A stretch of 64,000 nucleotides of DNA from Bacteriovoracaceae bacterium (GTDB lineage: Bacteria; Bdellovibrionota; Bacteriovoracia; Bacteriovoracales; Bacteriovoracaceae): positions 1,376,001-1,440,000 of the forward strand of contig JBLWTJ010000001.1 in the NCBI GenBank assembly GCA_048270185.1, read 5' to 3'. Position numbers and translations under genes: made by a program. The first letter of the stretch is position 1. Each line of letters begins with the position of its first letter. Shown piece by piece: positions 20,107-29,994 of this stretch. Below the pieces are notes generated by a model, which searched no databases, had not been told where the DNA came from, and saw only the letters and a list, made by a program, of their open reading frames with translations.

Positions 20107-21014
20107 CGTTTGCCCCTTTTACGAGCTTGAAATAATTTAACATTTGGAACATACGTATAGCATGCACCGAGATAGAATGAGCATATAATATAATACACCC
20201 AAATCATTGCCACGAGTAGATTATAAAAGCTTCCATAGTCATTCATGAGATCTTCTTGAAAGTATCTCAGATATACCCAGTACGTTGACTTCCCAACAAA
20301 GAAGCATAGAACAAATACGGCTGCACCACAAAGAGCATCCTTATATGTTACTTTTATTTGTGTTGAAAGTTTATAAACTAAAGCAAAGGTTATGATCGTA
20401 AATGGAATAAGACATAGCTCTATGAATTGATAGAGACCTGTTGCATAGCTTGTAATATTTGAAAGAAGTCCTACAATGATTTCCTTTTCCATAATGAAGG
20501 AAACGGATAGAAAGAAGAGTGCAAGAACAATCCCAAAAACTGCAGACTTAAGATCATCCTGAATCATGCCACCATCAATATCTACTTTTGAGAGAGTATT
20601 AATTCCAAAAATAAATGATGTGCTAATTCCAAGACATGCAAAGAACCAAAGTGCTAATTGGTGGAAGTCGATAGACTGACTTCGAAGTTGTTCTTCAACA
20701 ATTCCCTTAATTCCTTTAAGAATTGAGGAATCGACTTGTGGAAAGTTTGAGAAAATCATAGAAATGATGTGATTTTTTGCGACGTCATTATCGTTGAGGT
20801 AGGCACCAATAATTGAGATCAAAATAAGAACTGCGGGGCCAAAGCTTAATATCGTAAAGAATGTCGTGGCACCAGCAACAACCTCTCCTTTTCTCTTTTT
20901 AAAGAGAAAAATGGCCGCAATAAAGCGCATGACAAAAGCCTTACAAAATTCGAGGAAGTCTCTTTCAATCTTATCCGGGTCGAGCCTCGTGGCCATCACA
21001 TACTTCTTAATCAT
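20103..21014 (-). CDS. YihY/BrkB family membrane protein
   Basis: AGATTFFTILSFGP, YGSF...MIWVY...LGA motifs; about 6 TM helices; start may be ATG 20996. Confidence 0.85.
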   Translation of the reverse strand: MIKKYVMATRLDPDKIERDFLEFCKAFVMRFIAAIFLFKKRKGEVVAGATTFFTILSFGPAVLILISIIGAYLNDNDVAKNHIISMIFSNFPQVDSSILKGIKGIVEEQLRSQSIDFHQLALWFFACLGISTSFIFGINTLSKVDIDGGMIQDDLKSAVFGIVLALFFLSVSFIMEKEIIVGLLSNITSYATGLYQFIELCLIPFTIITFALVYKLSTQIKVTYKDALCGAAVFVLCFFVGKSTYWVYLRYFQEDLMNDYGSFYNLLVAMIWVYYIICSFYLGACYTYVPNVKLFQARKRGKR

Positions 21015-21021
21015 AATGTGT

Positions 21022-21049
21022 TCTTCGGCATTTACGGCCCTTGATTTTA
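21022..21049 (-). promoter_or_regulatory. sigma28-type promoter
   Basis: minus strand TAAAA-N15-GCCGAAGA. Confidence 0.5.
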
Positions 21050-21205
21050 GCTTTCGTTCATAAAATTATTCCAACAACCGAGTTATGCACACGGGTAATC
21101 GACTAATTTAATGGGAGGAGAGGTCAAGATTACCATCTGAAACCTGATGCAAAAAAGTGATAAAATGAATAGGTGGTCAATGGACTGACCACAGATGGAG
21201 TAAAT

Positions 21206-21634
21206 ATGAACAAGTTAGTATTAGCAATTTCCCTTGTCTACCTATCATCGCAATTCTCATTTGCGAGAAAGCCCGCTGTTGAAGATACCTATACTTCTTC
21301 AATAAAAGAATTTAAGGAAGTCGAGCCATCTAAGGCAAAGGGTTATGATTTTTCTCCAGCAAGAAAGCCATCTACTGCACAGACAGAAAGAACACATAAA
21401 TCTGATCTATTAAAAGTTGAATCATATACAGAGTCAAATACTTCAAAGAATCTACTCTATCTATTCTTTATCCTTCTTCCAATTTTTGTTAGTGCTTATA
21501 CATTCTTTAGAGCTAATAAAGATTCATATGCTGAAGGGCTTAAGAAAGATGCAACACCAGATGAATCAAATGTTACTCACCTATCTGATAAAAGAGAAGA
21601 ACAGAAGGTTGATGACGTTAAGAAAGCATCATAA
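21206..21634 (+). CDS. hypothetical exported protein with one further TM helix
   Basis: GGAG RBS before ATG 21206; signal peptide; internal TM segment. Confidence 0.7.
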   Translation: MNKLVLAISLVYLSSQFSFARKPAVEDTYTSSIKEFKEVEPSKAKGYDFSPARKPSTAQTERTHKSDLLKVESYTESNTSKNLLYLFFILLPIFVSAYTFFRANKDSYAEGLKKDATPDESNVTHLSDKREEQKVDDVKKAS

Positions 21635-21638
21635 ATTC

Positions 21639-22274
21639 TTACATATTTCCAGTCTGGGCCCACTTACCATTTTTTAAATGAGAGTAGGCCTTAAAGACTG
21701 AACCACTTGTAATGATAAGATCTAATTGATTATCACGATTAATATCTTTAAATTCAACTTGATGGGCCCTCTTATAAAGCCCGTAATTATCTTTATTCTC
21801 TAGCCAAATATTTCCAAAGCTCTTAAGAACTAAGTTTTCAAGTTTTCCATCCTCGACAACCATTGCCCAAACCGACGCCGATCCCATGGTATTGATGTAA
21901 TTTGTATTTCCATTAAAGAGATAAACTAAGAGAGCGACTTTGTTATTAGAGATTCTTCTTCTCTTTAATCGATAAATATGTGAATTGAAACCTGAAATGG
22001 GAAATTTTTCATCAAAGACAATATTCTTTCTTGAATCATAGATAGTAAGATGAGGAATACCATCTTCTATCTTTGTCCCAATATACTCGCGCACCTCATC
22101 TCCTGATATATCAATATGATACAGGGAAGAGTTAATTTTATAATGGACCTTATCTTTACTGTGCTTCTCGACTTTTTCGTTAGTTTTGTAGAAATCATTT
22201 AAAATCCAAGCATCTTGCGCAAAGGCACAAGGAAATAAACCTAGAAGTATTGATAATTTCAGTTTCGACATCAT
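21639..22274 (-). CDS. hypothetical secreted protein
   Basis: signal peptide ending AFA; C-terminal FG-GAP-like DINRDNQLDLII. Confidence 0.7.
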   Translation of the reverse strand: MMSKLKLSILLGLFPCAFAQDAWILNDFYKTNEKVEKHSKDKVHYKINSSLYHIDISGDEVREYIGTKIEDGIPHLTIYDSRKNIVFDEKFPISGFNSHIYRLKRRRISNNKVALLVYLFNGNTNYINTMGSASVWAMVVEDGKLENLVLKSFGNIWLENKDNYGLYKRAHQVEFKDINRDNQLDLIITSGSVFKAYSHLKNGKWAQTGNM

Positions 22275-22393
22275 ATGTTAATTATAACAAGTTCTTGAGA
22301 ATCTGCCCATTAGGCAGCCTTTTGCCCCATCAACATTGACGTATGCCACTACAATTCGATAATATTTTGTATCTACACACAGAGGGGAATTTA

Positions 22394-23158
22394 ATGCAAC
22401 GCCAAATTGGTTTTATTAAAAATCAAAATCAAATTATCATTCGACAGCTTAATCTTCAGGCAATTGAGGCCAGTGAGAAAAAAAGCAAAATAGCTGATGT
22501 CTCAGAAATAAAGAATGAGAAATTCGATTGCATTTTCTATTCTCCAGAATTCCTAGAAGAAGAGACAATCCATAACTTCCTAACGAAGGAATCAAAGTAT
22601 ACTCCAATTCAAGAAATAAAGACCTTCTTTCAAGACGCTGATCAATTTGAGGCAGAATCCCCAGAGAAACTTTCACTAGTGTTTAATCAGATCTCAAGTA
22701 ATTGGGTTCTACAAAATAATATCATTCTCTTAGAAGAATTATTTGAAGTTGTGGATCACCTAAAGGCACTTTGGCCAAATGATCGTACAAGTTTTTTCGA
22801 AGAGGTATGGCATATTTTTAAAATCAACCTTGGAGCAAATAGCTTAAAGCTAATTTACAATGATATTGAGATCGTTCAAAAGAATAGTGACCGCAAGGCC
22901 CTTGTTCACGTTTCAATTGATGGTGATAAGGTTCCAAATCCTAAAAAAGGAAAGGACTTCGAAGAGAAGTTGATGAAGCATTTTGAGTCAGAATTTATTA
23001 ATCAATTCCAGATTACTGAATATAATGAAGATAAGGGCGAGTTAACGATTTGTGGAAATATCCTGAAGAGTCCATTCATTGTCATGGCAAATGTAAGTGG
23101 TATTACAAAACTTCAAGAATCTGTTCTTTCAACTTTTATCAAAGCACTTTCTAGATAA
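22394..23158 (+). CDS. hypothetical protein
   Basis: long ORF; GAGGGG RBS before ATG 22394. Confidence 0.7.
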   Translation: MQRQIGFIKNQNQIIIRQLNLQAIEASEKKSKIADVSEIKNEKFDCIFYSPEFLEEETIHNFLTKESKYTPIQEIKTFFQDADQFEAESPEKLSLVFNQISSNWVLQNNIILLEELFEVVDHLKALWPNDRTSFFEEVWHIFKINLGANSLKLIYNDIEIVQKNSDRKALVHVSIDGDKVPNPKKGKDFEEKLMKHFESEFINQFQITEYNEDKGELTICGNILKSPFIVMANVSGITKLQESVLSTFIKALSR

Positions 23159-23187
23159 AAAAAAGCCCACTTAAAGTGGGCCTTTTC
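23157..23187. terminator. bidirectional rho-independent terminator
   Basis: A-tract, GCCCACT-TAA-AGTGGGC hairpin, T-tract, between convergent genes. Confidence 0.85.
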
Positions 23188-25104
23188 TTATAATAATTTA
23201 CATAAATCGACGACTTTAGAATTTGAAATCTCAAAAGAGACTTTGTGAGCAGCTGTCTTACGACGATCTCTCACTGTTACGTGATATTCTTTCGGAACAG
23301 AATCACCTTGCGCATTTATTCCTGTCGCAAACGGAATTCCTGGAACAAATTTGATTGGAATACTCTCCTCTCTTTGCTCTCCAAATAATTCGAAGCTAAT
23401 ACTTCCTACAAGACAGGCAGAACTAGTTTGAAGGTATCCATAGTAAGCCTTAGGCATTGATTCAACTTGTACACTGCGAGATTCTCCTGCTTGAACAGAA
23501 ACATCTTGTACAACAAAATGCTCACGGCCACTCTTTTCTACTCTCATTGTCATGACTTCATTCGAGTTCACTTTAACACGATTTAGGATGTCTACTTGAG
23601 CTTCCTTACCATTAATGTAAAGCTTATCTTTTCCTCGACTAAAGTTTTTAAGAATAAGTACCCCTTGTTCACTACTAGTTGGTTCGCGTTTTGAATTTTC
23701 ATTTTCAACAGCAGAGTTCGTTGCCACAGAACCATTACCTGTACCAATAAATGGTATTTTATCTTTAACTAAGAAACCACCTACTGCGATGGCCGCAATA
23801 GAAGCAACATGAATAAGATAGCTTTTCTTCTTTTCAACTTTCTTCTTCTTTTTAATACGTTTAATTTTTGTACTCGCACTCGTTTTACCCGCGCGAATAT
23901 CAATCTTATTAATCGTCGTTTTAGAAGACTTAGAAGCAAGATCAAGTTTAGGAATAGTTCCTTCTACTTGAATATCAGTTTGTTCATCGAGATCAAGTTC
24001 AAATAGTGCTTCCTGAGCTTTTCTCTTATTCTTTCCAGAAGATACAGATCCGCCAGCATCACTAGCTTCACTAGAAGTCCCTTTTCCTTCACTCTCATTC
24101 TTATAATCTTTAATATAAGGAGCAAGTTCAATTTGTCCAAACTCATACATCACTTCACGATCTGCTTTGATCTCTACTTTAAAGAGTTCTTTTGCGAAGT
24201 ATGAAAGATCTGACGAGTTAAAGTCAGGATATGTTGAATAAAGGAATTTATTTAGAGCACGAGCAAATTCTTCTAAAGACTGGTAACGTTTATTACGGTC
24301 TTTATGAAGTGCTTTCAGAATAATCTTATCAAGTTCTTTTGGAACGAGTGGATTAATTGAAGAAGGAACTGGAATTTTACATTCTTGAATTTTCTTTAGA
24401 ACAGCTAGATCATTTGAAGCCTTAAATAGCTTTCTTGAACAAAGCATTTCCCATAGTGTAATGGCCGTTGCAAAAAGGTCATAACGAGGGTCAAGATCAA
24501 GCCCATCCAGGTATTCAGGAGCAAGGTAAGATAATTTACCTTTGATCGTCCCAGCTTGAGTTGCCTCTGAGTTCGTTTCTGACTTTGCAATACCAAAGTC
24601 AATAACCTTAACAGAACCATCAAAAGTTAGCATGATATTGTGAGGTGAAATATCTCTGTGAACAATATTAGCGGGCTTTCCCGTTAGCTTATCTGTAAAA
24701 GTGTGAGCATAGTGAAGGCCTTGAGCGGCCTGAATTGTAATGAAAGCAGAAATCTCAACTGGAAAAACATAATTATGTTCTTTCAGCTTATCGATATATT
24801 GCTTAAGGTTTCGTCCATCACAATACTCCATTGCAACGAATAGCTGCCCCTTATGAAAACCATAATCATAAGTTTGTACAATATTCGGGTGTAAAAGACC
24901 GAAAGTCGTTTTAATTTCATCCATAAACATTGTCTGAAATGCTTCGTCAGATGAAAATTGTGGCTGAACCATCTTAATTGCGACAATCTTATCCGCCTGC
25001 TCGCCTAAGAATCGAGCACGACAAATCTTGGCCATCCCACCATCAACTAGGTGGTCTAAAATAAGGTATCGACCAAATCTTTCAAATTTCTTTTCTTCAC
25101 TCAT
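23188..25104 (-). CDS. membrane-anchored Hanks-type Ser/Thr protein kinase
   Basis: VAIK, HRDISPHN, DFG, YLAPE motifs; TM helix followed by an extracytoplasmic domain. Confidence 0.93.
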   Translation of the reverse strand: MSEEKKFERFGRYLILDHLVDGGMAKICRARFLGEQADKIVAIKMVQPQFSSDEAFQTMFMDEIKTTFGLLHPNIVQTYDYGFHKGQLFVAMEYCDGRNLKQYIDKLKEHNYVFPVEISAFITIQAAQGLHYAHTFTDKLTGKPANIVHRDISPHNIMLTFDGSVKVIDFGIAKSETNSEATQAGTIKGKLSYLAPEYLDGLDLDPRYDLFATAITLWEMLCSRKLFKASNDLAVLKKIQECKIPVPSSINPLVPKELDKIILKALHKDRNKRYQSLEEFARALNKFLYSTYPDFNSSDLSYFAKELFKVEIKADREVMYEFGQIELAPYIKDYKNESEGKGTSSEASDAGGSVSSGKNKRKAQEALFELDLDEQTDIQVEGTIPKLDLASKSSKTTINKIDIRAGKTSASTKIKRIKKKKKVEKKKSYLIHVASIAAIAVGGFLVKDKIPFIGTGNGSVATNSAVENENSKREPTSSEQGVLILKNFSRGKDKLYINGKEAQVDILNRVKVNSNEVMTMRVEKSGREHFVVQDVSVQAGESRSVQVESMPKAYYGYLQTSSACLVGSISFELFGEQREESIPIKFVPGIPFATGINAQGDSVPKEYHVTVRDRRKTAAHKVSFEISNSKVVDLCKLL

Positions 25105-25124
25105 TACTAAAGCTCCTCAGCTTA

Positions 25125-25152
25125 TTATCGGAAAATAAGTGAATTAACTTTA
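25125..25152 (-). promoter_or_regulatory. sigma28-type promoter of the kinase gene
   Basis: minus strand TAAAG-N15-TCCGATAA. Confidence 0.7.
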
Positions 25153-25165
25153 GTGTTTATATTGA

Positions 25166-25687
25166 CTAAAAATGCAGGACTCTTGTTCGGAAATTCGGGA
25201 ATTTAATAGCAATATCACCAATTTCACGTGTCGAACAAAGTGTTTTGATCTTATATAGAGACAAAAAGAATTTATTGTAATCAGGGTGATTACTTAAGGC
25301 CAAGTCAAAATCATTAGTTATAACTTCAGATAAGCTATCACTAAGAATCTGGTTATAGAACATTTGTTGAGAAATTCTGTCGGAATCAAGACTGAAAGTA
25401 ATTGAAACATAAACATTCTTACACTTATTTAGGCGACGAACTTCACTTTCTGAATACCACTGCCAAAAAGGTGAATTCTTATCCATCTTAGTTAAGAATA
25501 CATCATACATGAGATTTAGTTCTGAATACCAAGACAGGCGTTGAAATACTAGAGCATCACTCCAAGGCTCTGCACCAGCTGTTCCCCCCTTAATTAGGGC
25601 ATCTCCCTCTTTTACAAAGTTCTTTGTCATATTTCCACACGAAATTAAAATCGCAAGAAGGGATAAAGCTAAAATTCTAGTTTTCAT
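25166..25687 (-). CDS. hypothetical lipoprotein
   Basis: lipobox LISC. Confidence 0.7.
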   Translation of the reverse strand: MKTRILALSLLAILISCGNMTKNFVKEGDALIKGGTAGAEPWSDALVFQRLSWYSELNLMYDVFLTKMDKNSPFWQWYSESEVRRLNKCKNVYVSITFSLDSDRISQQMFYNQILSDSLSEVITNDFDLALSNHPDYNKFFLSLYKIKTLCSTREIGDIAIKFPNFRTRVLHF

Positions 25688-26396
25688 ATATCCAATTATA
25701 GGTTTCTTTGAAAATAATGTCTTCTTTTTTTATAGTTTTTATAGAATTAAAGTCTGCTACTTCCACTTCATCGCGGTATTCACTCATGAGTGTTTCAAAA
25801 ATCATACTATCACGATGACTACTAAAAATTAGATTACGACAATTCATAAAATAGACTTCTAATTGGACGTTCTTTATTATTTTCTGCAACACATCGTATG
25901 TTCTCTTTGTAATAAAGCCGTTTGCAGTTAGATCATTACTTTGTTTTTTTAGTTGTAACTGAAGCTTTGGTGATACAAATGGAATAGATGTTATCAATTG
26001 TCCCTTTAAGCCTTCAGTAAGCTCTGTTCGAAGCTTTGGATTGAGAAAGATATTACCTTTAACATTATCAAAGAGGGTCGCATAATACAGGGCCACAAGG
26101 GCACCTTGATTGATAGAAAGAGTGTAAATTTCACTCCCCTGAGCCAATAGACTACAACGATGTAGTTCTTCTAAAAATGATTTAACAACTTTAGTATTAT
26201 CAAAATGACCACGAGTTCCAGCACTTAAGCCGTGACCTAAATAATCAAAGACAACAACATTAAGTCCAACTTCAGTTAAAAGAGGTATAAGACTTTTAAA
26301 TGTGTCATGTCCTCCCCCAATATCATGGAAGAGAATGAGTGTTTTCGCCTGATCTTCTTTACCATAATATTCTTTAAAGTAGATCGATGTGCTCAT
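25677..26396 (-). CDS. alpha/beta-hydrolase fold protein (lysophospholipase-like), catalytically degenerate
   Basis: FDYLGHGLSAGTRGH motif present; nucleophile elbow reads SINQG instead of GxSxG. Confidence 0.75.
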   Translation of the reverse strand: MSTSIYFKEYYGKEDQAKTLILFHDIGGGHDTFKSLIPLLTEVGLNVVVFDYLGHGLSAGTRGHFDNTKVVKSFLEELHRCSLLAQGSEIYTLSINQGALVALYYATLFDNVKGNIFLNPKLRTELTEGLKGQLITSIPFVSPKLQLQLKKQSNDLTANGFITKRTYDVLQKIIKNVQLEVYFMNCRNLIFSSHRDSMIFETLMSEYRDEVEVADFNSIKTIKKEDIIFKETYNWIYEN

Positions 26397-26402
26397 CTCA
26401 AA

Positions 26403-27194
26403 TTAACCGATATAATTGCTGATTGACGTTTCAGCTTCATCAGAAAGATTCACAAAACGAAGAGCGAATCCTTGATTTCCTTCAAGGTGTCTAACAACTA
26501 GACCTGAGGCAACAAAATGATAATCATCGTTTTCGGGGTGAACATTTAAGGTAACTTCATCCCCAACATTGAATGGAAAATTAGATACAAGAATCTGCAT
26601 TCCTCCAATTGAGATATCACGACAAACACCTTCAAACACCTGTTGTGAATCATGGAAGAACATTCTTGCTACGAATGGCTTTCTTTGATTGCGTCTGCGC
26701 TCGTCCTCTGTAATCAGTGGAGGCGTCTGCCCCATCACCTTGCGAGCAATTGGAGTATCAGCAATGAAGGACCACTCATTTTCTCCTGGTATATAAGCGA
26801 GAGTTTTTTCATTAATACGATTTTCGGCATAAGCTTTCTGTAAATCAATAATACTAAAAGGCCCATACTCAACTTCATCAGCGCCACGATCAAGCCCAAT
26901 TTTAATCGTGATAATTTTCTCATCGTCTTTTAAATCATCCCATGAGTAAAGAACAACATGCTGATCATCAATAACAGGTGGCATATCAAGTGCCGGCGGC
27001 AATTCATCAACAATCTTCTTATTAAGCAAATGCCCTAATTCAGCAGTATCTGAAATATACTTCCAATTATCGAAACCCTTCGTCCATACATAGCTATCAG
27101 GTGTTAGCTTCCCACTTTGAAATAGAGTTTCTACTTCCTCTAATTCAATAGGTCCGACTCTCTCACCTTTTTCAACGTAAAACCACTGTGCCAT
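26403..27194 (-). CDS. tandem GYF_2-domain plus PilZ protein
   Basis: WFYV..GP...VWTKGFDNW and YGPF...YIPGENEW repeats; RRNQR and DISIGG PilZ motifs. Confidence 0.85.
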   Translation of the reverse strand: MAQWFYVEKGERVGPIELEEVETLFQSGKLTPDSYVWTKGFDNWKYISDTAELGHLLNKKIVDELPPALDMPPVIDDQHVVLYSWDDLKDDEKIITIKIGLDRGADEVEYGPFSIIDLQKAYAENRINEKTLAYIPGENEWSFIADTPIARKVMGQTPPLITEDERRRNQRKPFVARMFFHDSQQVFEGVCRDISIGGMQILVSNFPFNVGDEVTLNVHPENDDYHFVASGLVVRHLEGNQGFALRFVNLSDEAETSISNYIG

Positions 27195-27325
27195 GTATTT
27201 CTCCAATTTTAATAGACTCCTCTATTTTAACCTGTTGATTTCATTAACAAAATTCATGATAAATATTGCCTCTTTAAGTAATATTCGAGCTTTAAAATAC
27301 TTTAGTAAAAAAGACTGAAATCAAT

Positions 27326-27353
27326 TTAAGTTTTATTTTGCTATTTCCGAAGA
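27326..27353 (+). promoter_or_regulatory. sigma28-type promoter
   Basis: TTAAG-N15-TCCGAAGA upstream of the lipoprotein gene. Confidence 0.5.
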
Positions 27354-27358
27354 GCTAA

Positions 27359-28888
27359 GTGATGAAAAAGATAATCTTAATTCTGACATTATTATTTGTG
27401 GCCTCTTGTGCAAAGGAAGAGTTTACAACTCCTAAGCAAGACAATACTTACAGTACACCGAATGTTTCAATAACAAATGATGAATTTGAAGCGAGTATGA
27501 CTTATGTTCAGCCGCCTGTTGATATTCTCTTTGTTTGGGATAACTCAACTAGTACAAACTTTCTTGGAACAGAAACAAAAGCCGCGTTAAATAATATTGT
27601 TAATAATATTTCAAATCGTTTTGACTATCATGTCATGATTGCGCCACTTGTTCAAAATAGTGGAGAAGGAATTAACTCAAGATCATACTTCTTCTCAAAA
27701 GATGGGCTTGTACCAGGAACTGGTATTACAACAATTAATCCAGCATCTGCATCATCAGTAATTAATTACCCTCAAGCGAGCGGGAGTTACGAAGCAGGTT
27801 TAACTCGAGTGCGTGACCTTTTAAAAGTAAATCAATCAAATGGTGTCTTTAGAAAAGATAGCTATACAATTATCGTTATGATGTCTAACGATGATGATAA
27901 CTCATGGGCAACAGGAAACTTCTCGAACCCATTAAGTGATACAGCAACCAAATATCAAAGAGGGAAAGTACACGATATTCTCTGTATGCGTGGGAACTAT
28001 GACGGTCAATATTATTCAAATTCGAGTGGAACAACTTGGAATGCAGCATGTAGTGGATCAAGTAGTTACGAATTAAACTCAATTATGATGAGATTTGTTT
28101 CTATTACTGCAGCTTACGAACCAAGAACAGCAAATTGTCCTCAAATCAATAATGGAAAAACTAATACTCTTTATCGAAATACTAGTCGTGATATTTTTTG
28201 GGCATCTTATACAAATATGGGTAATAGCTTTCCATTTGAACCCGCCTACGTTCCGAACGAAGACAAAGTCGATATTTGCTACACAAGTAATTTCACAACA
28301 GTATTCGATCACGTTAATAGCGTCATCACTGATGCTATCATTGCTCACAGTTATAATTATATTAAAATTGCTGACTCTTATGAGCTTGTCGATCCAGAGA
28401 CAATTGTCGTTTATAAAGGATCATACCCTAACCTAATAGAAATTCCAGAATACTCAGGTTCAGGAAGTGGTTTTGAATATGTTGGAGTTAATACCTTCAA
28501 TACTCGTTATTCTCCAACACTAGGAGAACAAAAAACAGGGCATATGATTCGCCTTCACGGATCAGCAAGGCTAACATATCCAGAAAAAATAAGTTTCACA
28601 TTTAACGAACCAAAGAGCTATTACGGTTACGTTCACATGGCCGGAAATCCAGTTGAAAGCAGTATCGTGCTAAAAATTAATGGAGCCACGATACCTAAGA
28701 GTACTTCAAATGGATGGGAGCTTATTGGTTATCGTACGAATCAAAATATTAAGATTGTCTCACCTACTGATGACTCTTTTGGAAGTCCTCCTGAATATAA
28801 GACGGGTTACTTCTTAAAGCTTCACGGAAATGCAATTTATTCTGATGGTGCTGATGTTAATGTTAATTACCATACAACAGGTAATTAA
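27359..28888 (+). CDS. lipoprotein with vWA-like (MIDAS) domain and duplicated C-terminal beta module
   Basis: lipobox VASC; VDILFVWDNSTS, EAGL, MSNDDD; repeated G(F/W)E..G...KTG...LHG units. Confidence 0.75.
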   Translation: MMKKIILILTLLFVASCAKEEFTTPKQDNTYSTPNVSITNDEFEASMTYVQPPVDILFVWDNSTSTNFLGTETKAALNNIVNNISNRFDYHVMIAPLVQNSGEGINSRSYFFSKDGLVPGTGITTINPASASSVINYPQASGSYEAGLTRVRDLLKVNQSNGVFRKDSYTIIVMMSNDDDNSWATGNFSNPLSDTATKYQRGKVHDILCMRGNYDGQYYSNSSGTTWNAACSGSSSYELNSIMMRFVSITAAYEPRTANCPQINNGKTNTLYRNTSRDIFWASYTNMGNSFPFEPAYVPNEDKVDICYTSNFTTVFDHVNSVITDAIIAHSYNYIKIADSYELVDPETIVVYKGSYPNLIEIPEYSGSGSGFEYVGVNTFNTRYSPTLGEQKTGHMIRLHGSARLTYPEKISFTFNEPKSYYGYVHMAGNPVESSIVLKINGATIPKSTSNGWELIGYRTNQNIKIVSPTDDSFGSPPEYKTGYFLKLHGNAIYSDGADVNVNYHTTGN

Positions 28889-29952
28889 TAGGCATTCCCA
28901 GATTTTTCTTCATTGATTGATTGCCAAGCAACTTGAAAAATGAGCCCAGGTAAAACCTTTGTGAGTTTTTCAATATCCACTGTGGTTGTCATATTCCCTT
29001 GATCATCAACTAGGACATCTTCAACTAGCCCTGTTTTAATGGCCGGTTGAAGGTCTCCTGGATTGACAATGGCCTGACCTTCTTTTAATTCAGCAATAAC
29101 TGCACTTACATTGGCCCTAGCCTTTCCTTCTGTAATACCTTTTTGACGTAGTTGACGAGCAAGACTTGATAACATGAGATTACATCTCTTACTTGTTTTC
29201 GTTTTCTTCTCATCATCTTTAACTTTTTCTGCATTAACAAAAGTAACAATACTTCTTAGAGACTCAAGATTTGGAATTTTAATCATTTTAGGTTGCCCAT
29301 CTTTATCATCTTCAATAGAAATGAAGCCTTCTCTTTTTAAAAGTTCAATCATTTCTTCGAATTTAATTTCTGCAATTCCAAAAATATCGAAGAGGTAATA
29401 ACGAATCGAGTTCATATGAATTCGATGTGCGCCATCTTCACCACGTTGAGCATGGACTTTAGAAGACATATAAATACCGGCGACAATTCTTAGAACATCT
29501 GTCGTGTGAAAGAAAACATAGTCCCCTACTTTTCCATCTTTACCAAACCCAACAGAGTTAGTCTCAAGTGCTTTAACACGATCATTTGTTTTTCTTAAAC
29601 GATCAGCAAGGGTATTTACGATGGTTTTAAACCAAGGGTTTAAGCCTTTCATCGTTTTATCGAAGGCCGCAAATGTTACGCGAACAACATCAGTTTCAAC
29701 AATGGCCGAAGCTGAACAACTACGACGAGAGCCTTTGTCATCAAAGTAGGCCATCTCACCAATTACTTCACCGGCCCTAAGAACTGCGATTTCAACAAAG
29801 CCCTGACCTTTTGGAAGAAAAAGTCTAATTTGTCCTTTTTGAATTATATAAAGTGAGTCTGCAGGATCATTTTGGTTGAAAAGAGTTTCACCTGCTTTAA
29901 ATTTAACTATACCAGATTTTGATTGTTTCTGAGTTTGAGCTGCTTGGGCCAT
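28885..29952 (-). CDS. cyclic nucleotide-binding (Crp/Fnr-like) protein
   Basis: LFNQND...LYIIQKGQI...GEMA...RSCSA cNMP-binding domain. Confidence 0.88.
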   Translation of the reverse strand: MAQAAQTQKQSKSGIVKFKAGETLFNQNDPADSLYIIQKGQIRLFLPKGQGFVEIAVLRAGEVIGEMAYFDDKGSRRSCSASAIVETDVVRVTFAAFDKTMKGLNPWFKTIVNTLADRLRKTNDRVKALETNSVGFGKDGKVGDYVFFHTTDVLRIVAGIYMSSKVHAQRGEDGAHRIHMNSIRYYLFDIFGIAEIKFEEMIELLKREGFISIEDDKDGQPKMIKIPNLESLRSIVTFVNAEKVKDDEKKTKTSKRCNLMLSSLARQLRQKGITEGKARANVSAVIAELKEGQAIVNPGDLQPAIKTGLVEDVLVDDQGNMTTTVDIEKLTKVLPGLIFQVAWQSINEEKSGNAY

Positions 29953-29965
29953 CCATAGTCCTACT

Positions 29966-29990
29966 AAAAGCAGGACTATGAAAGTCCTGC
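29966..29990 (-). terminator. hairpin/terminator after the thiolase gene
   Basis: minus strand GCAGGACT-TTCAT-AGTCCTGC-TTTT. Confidence 0.65.
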
Positions 29991-29994
29991 AATA

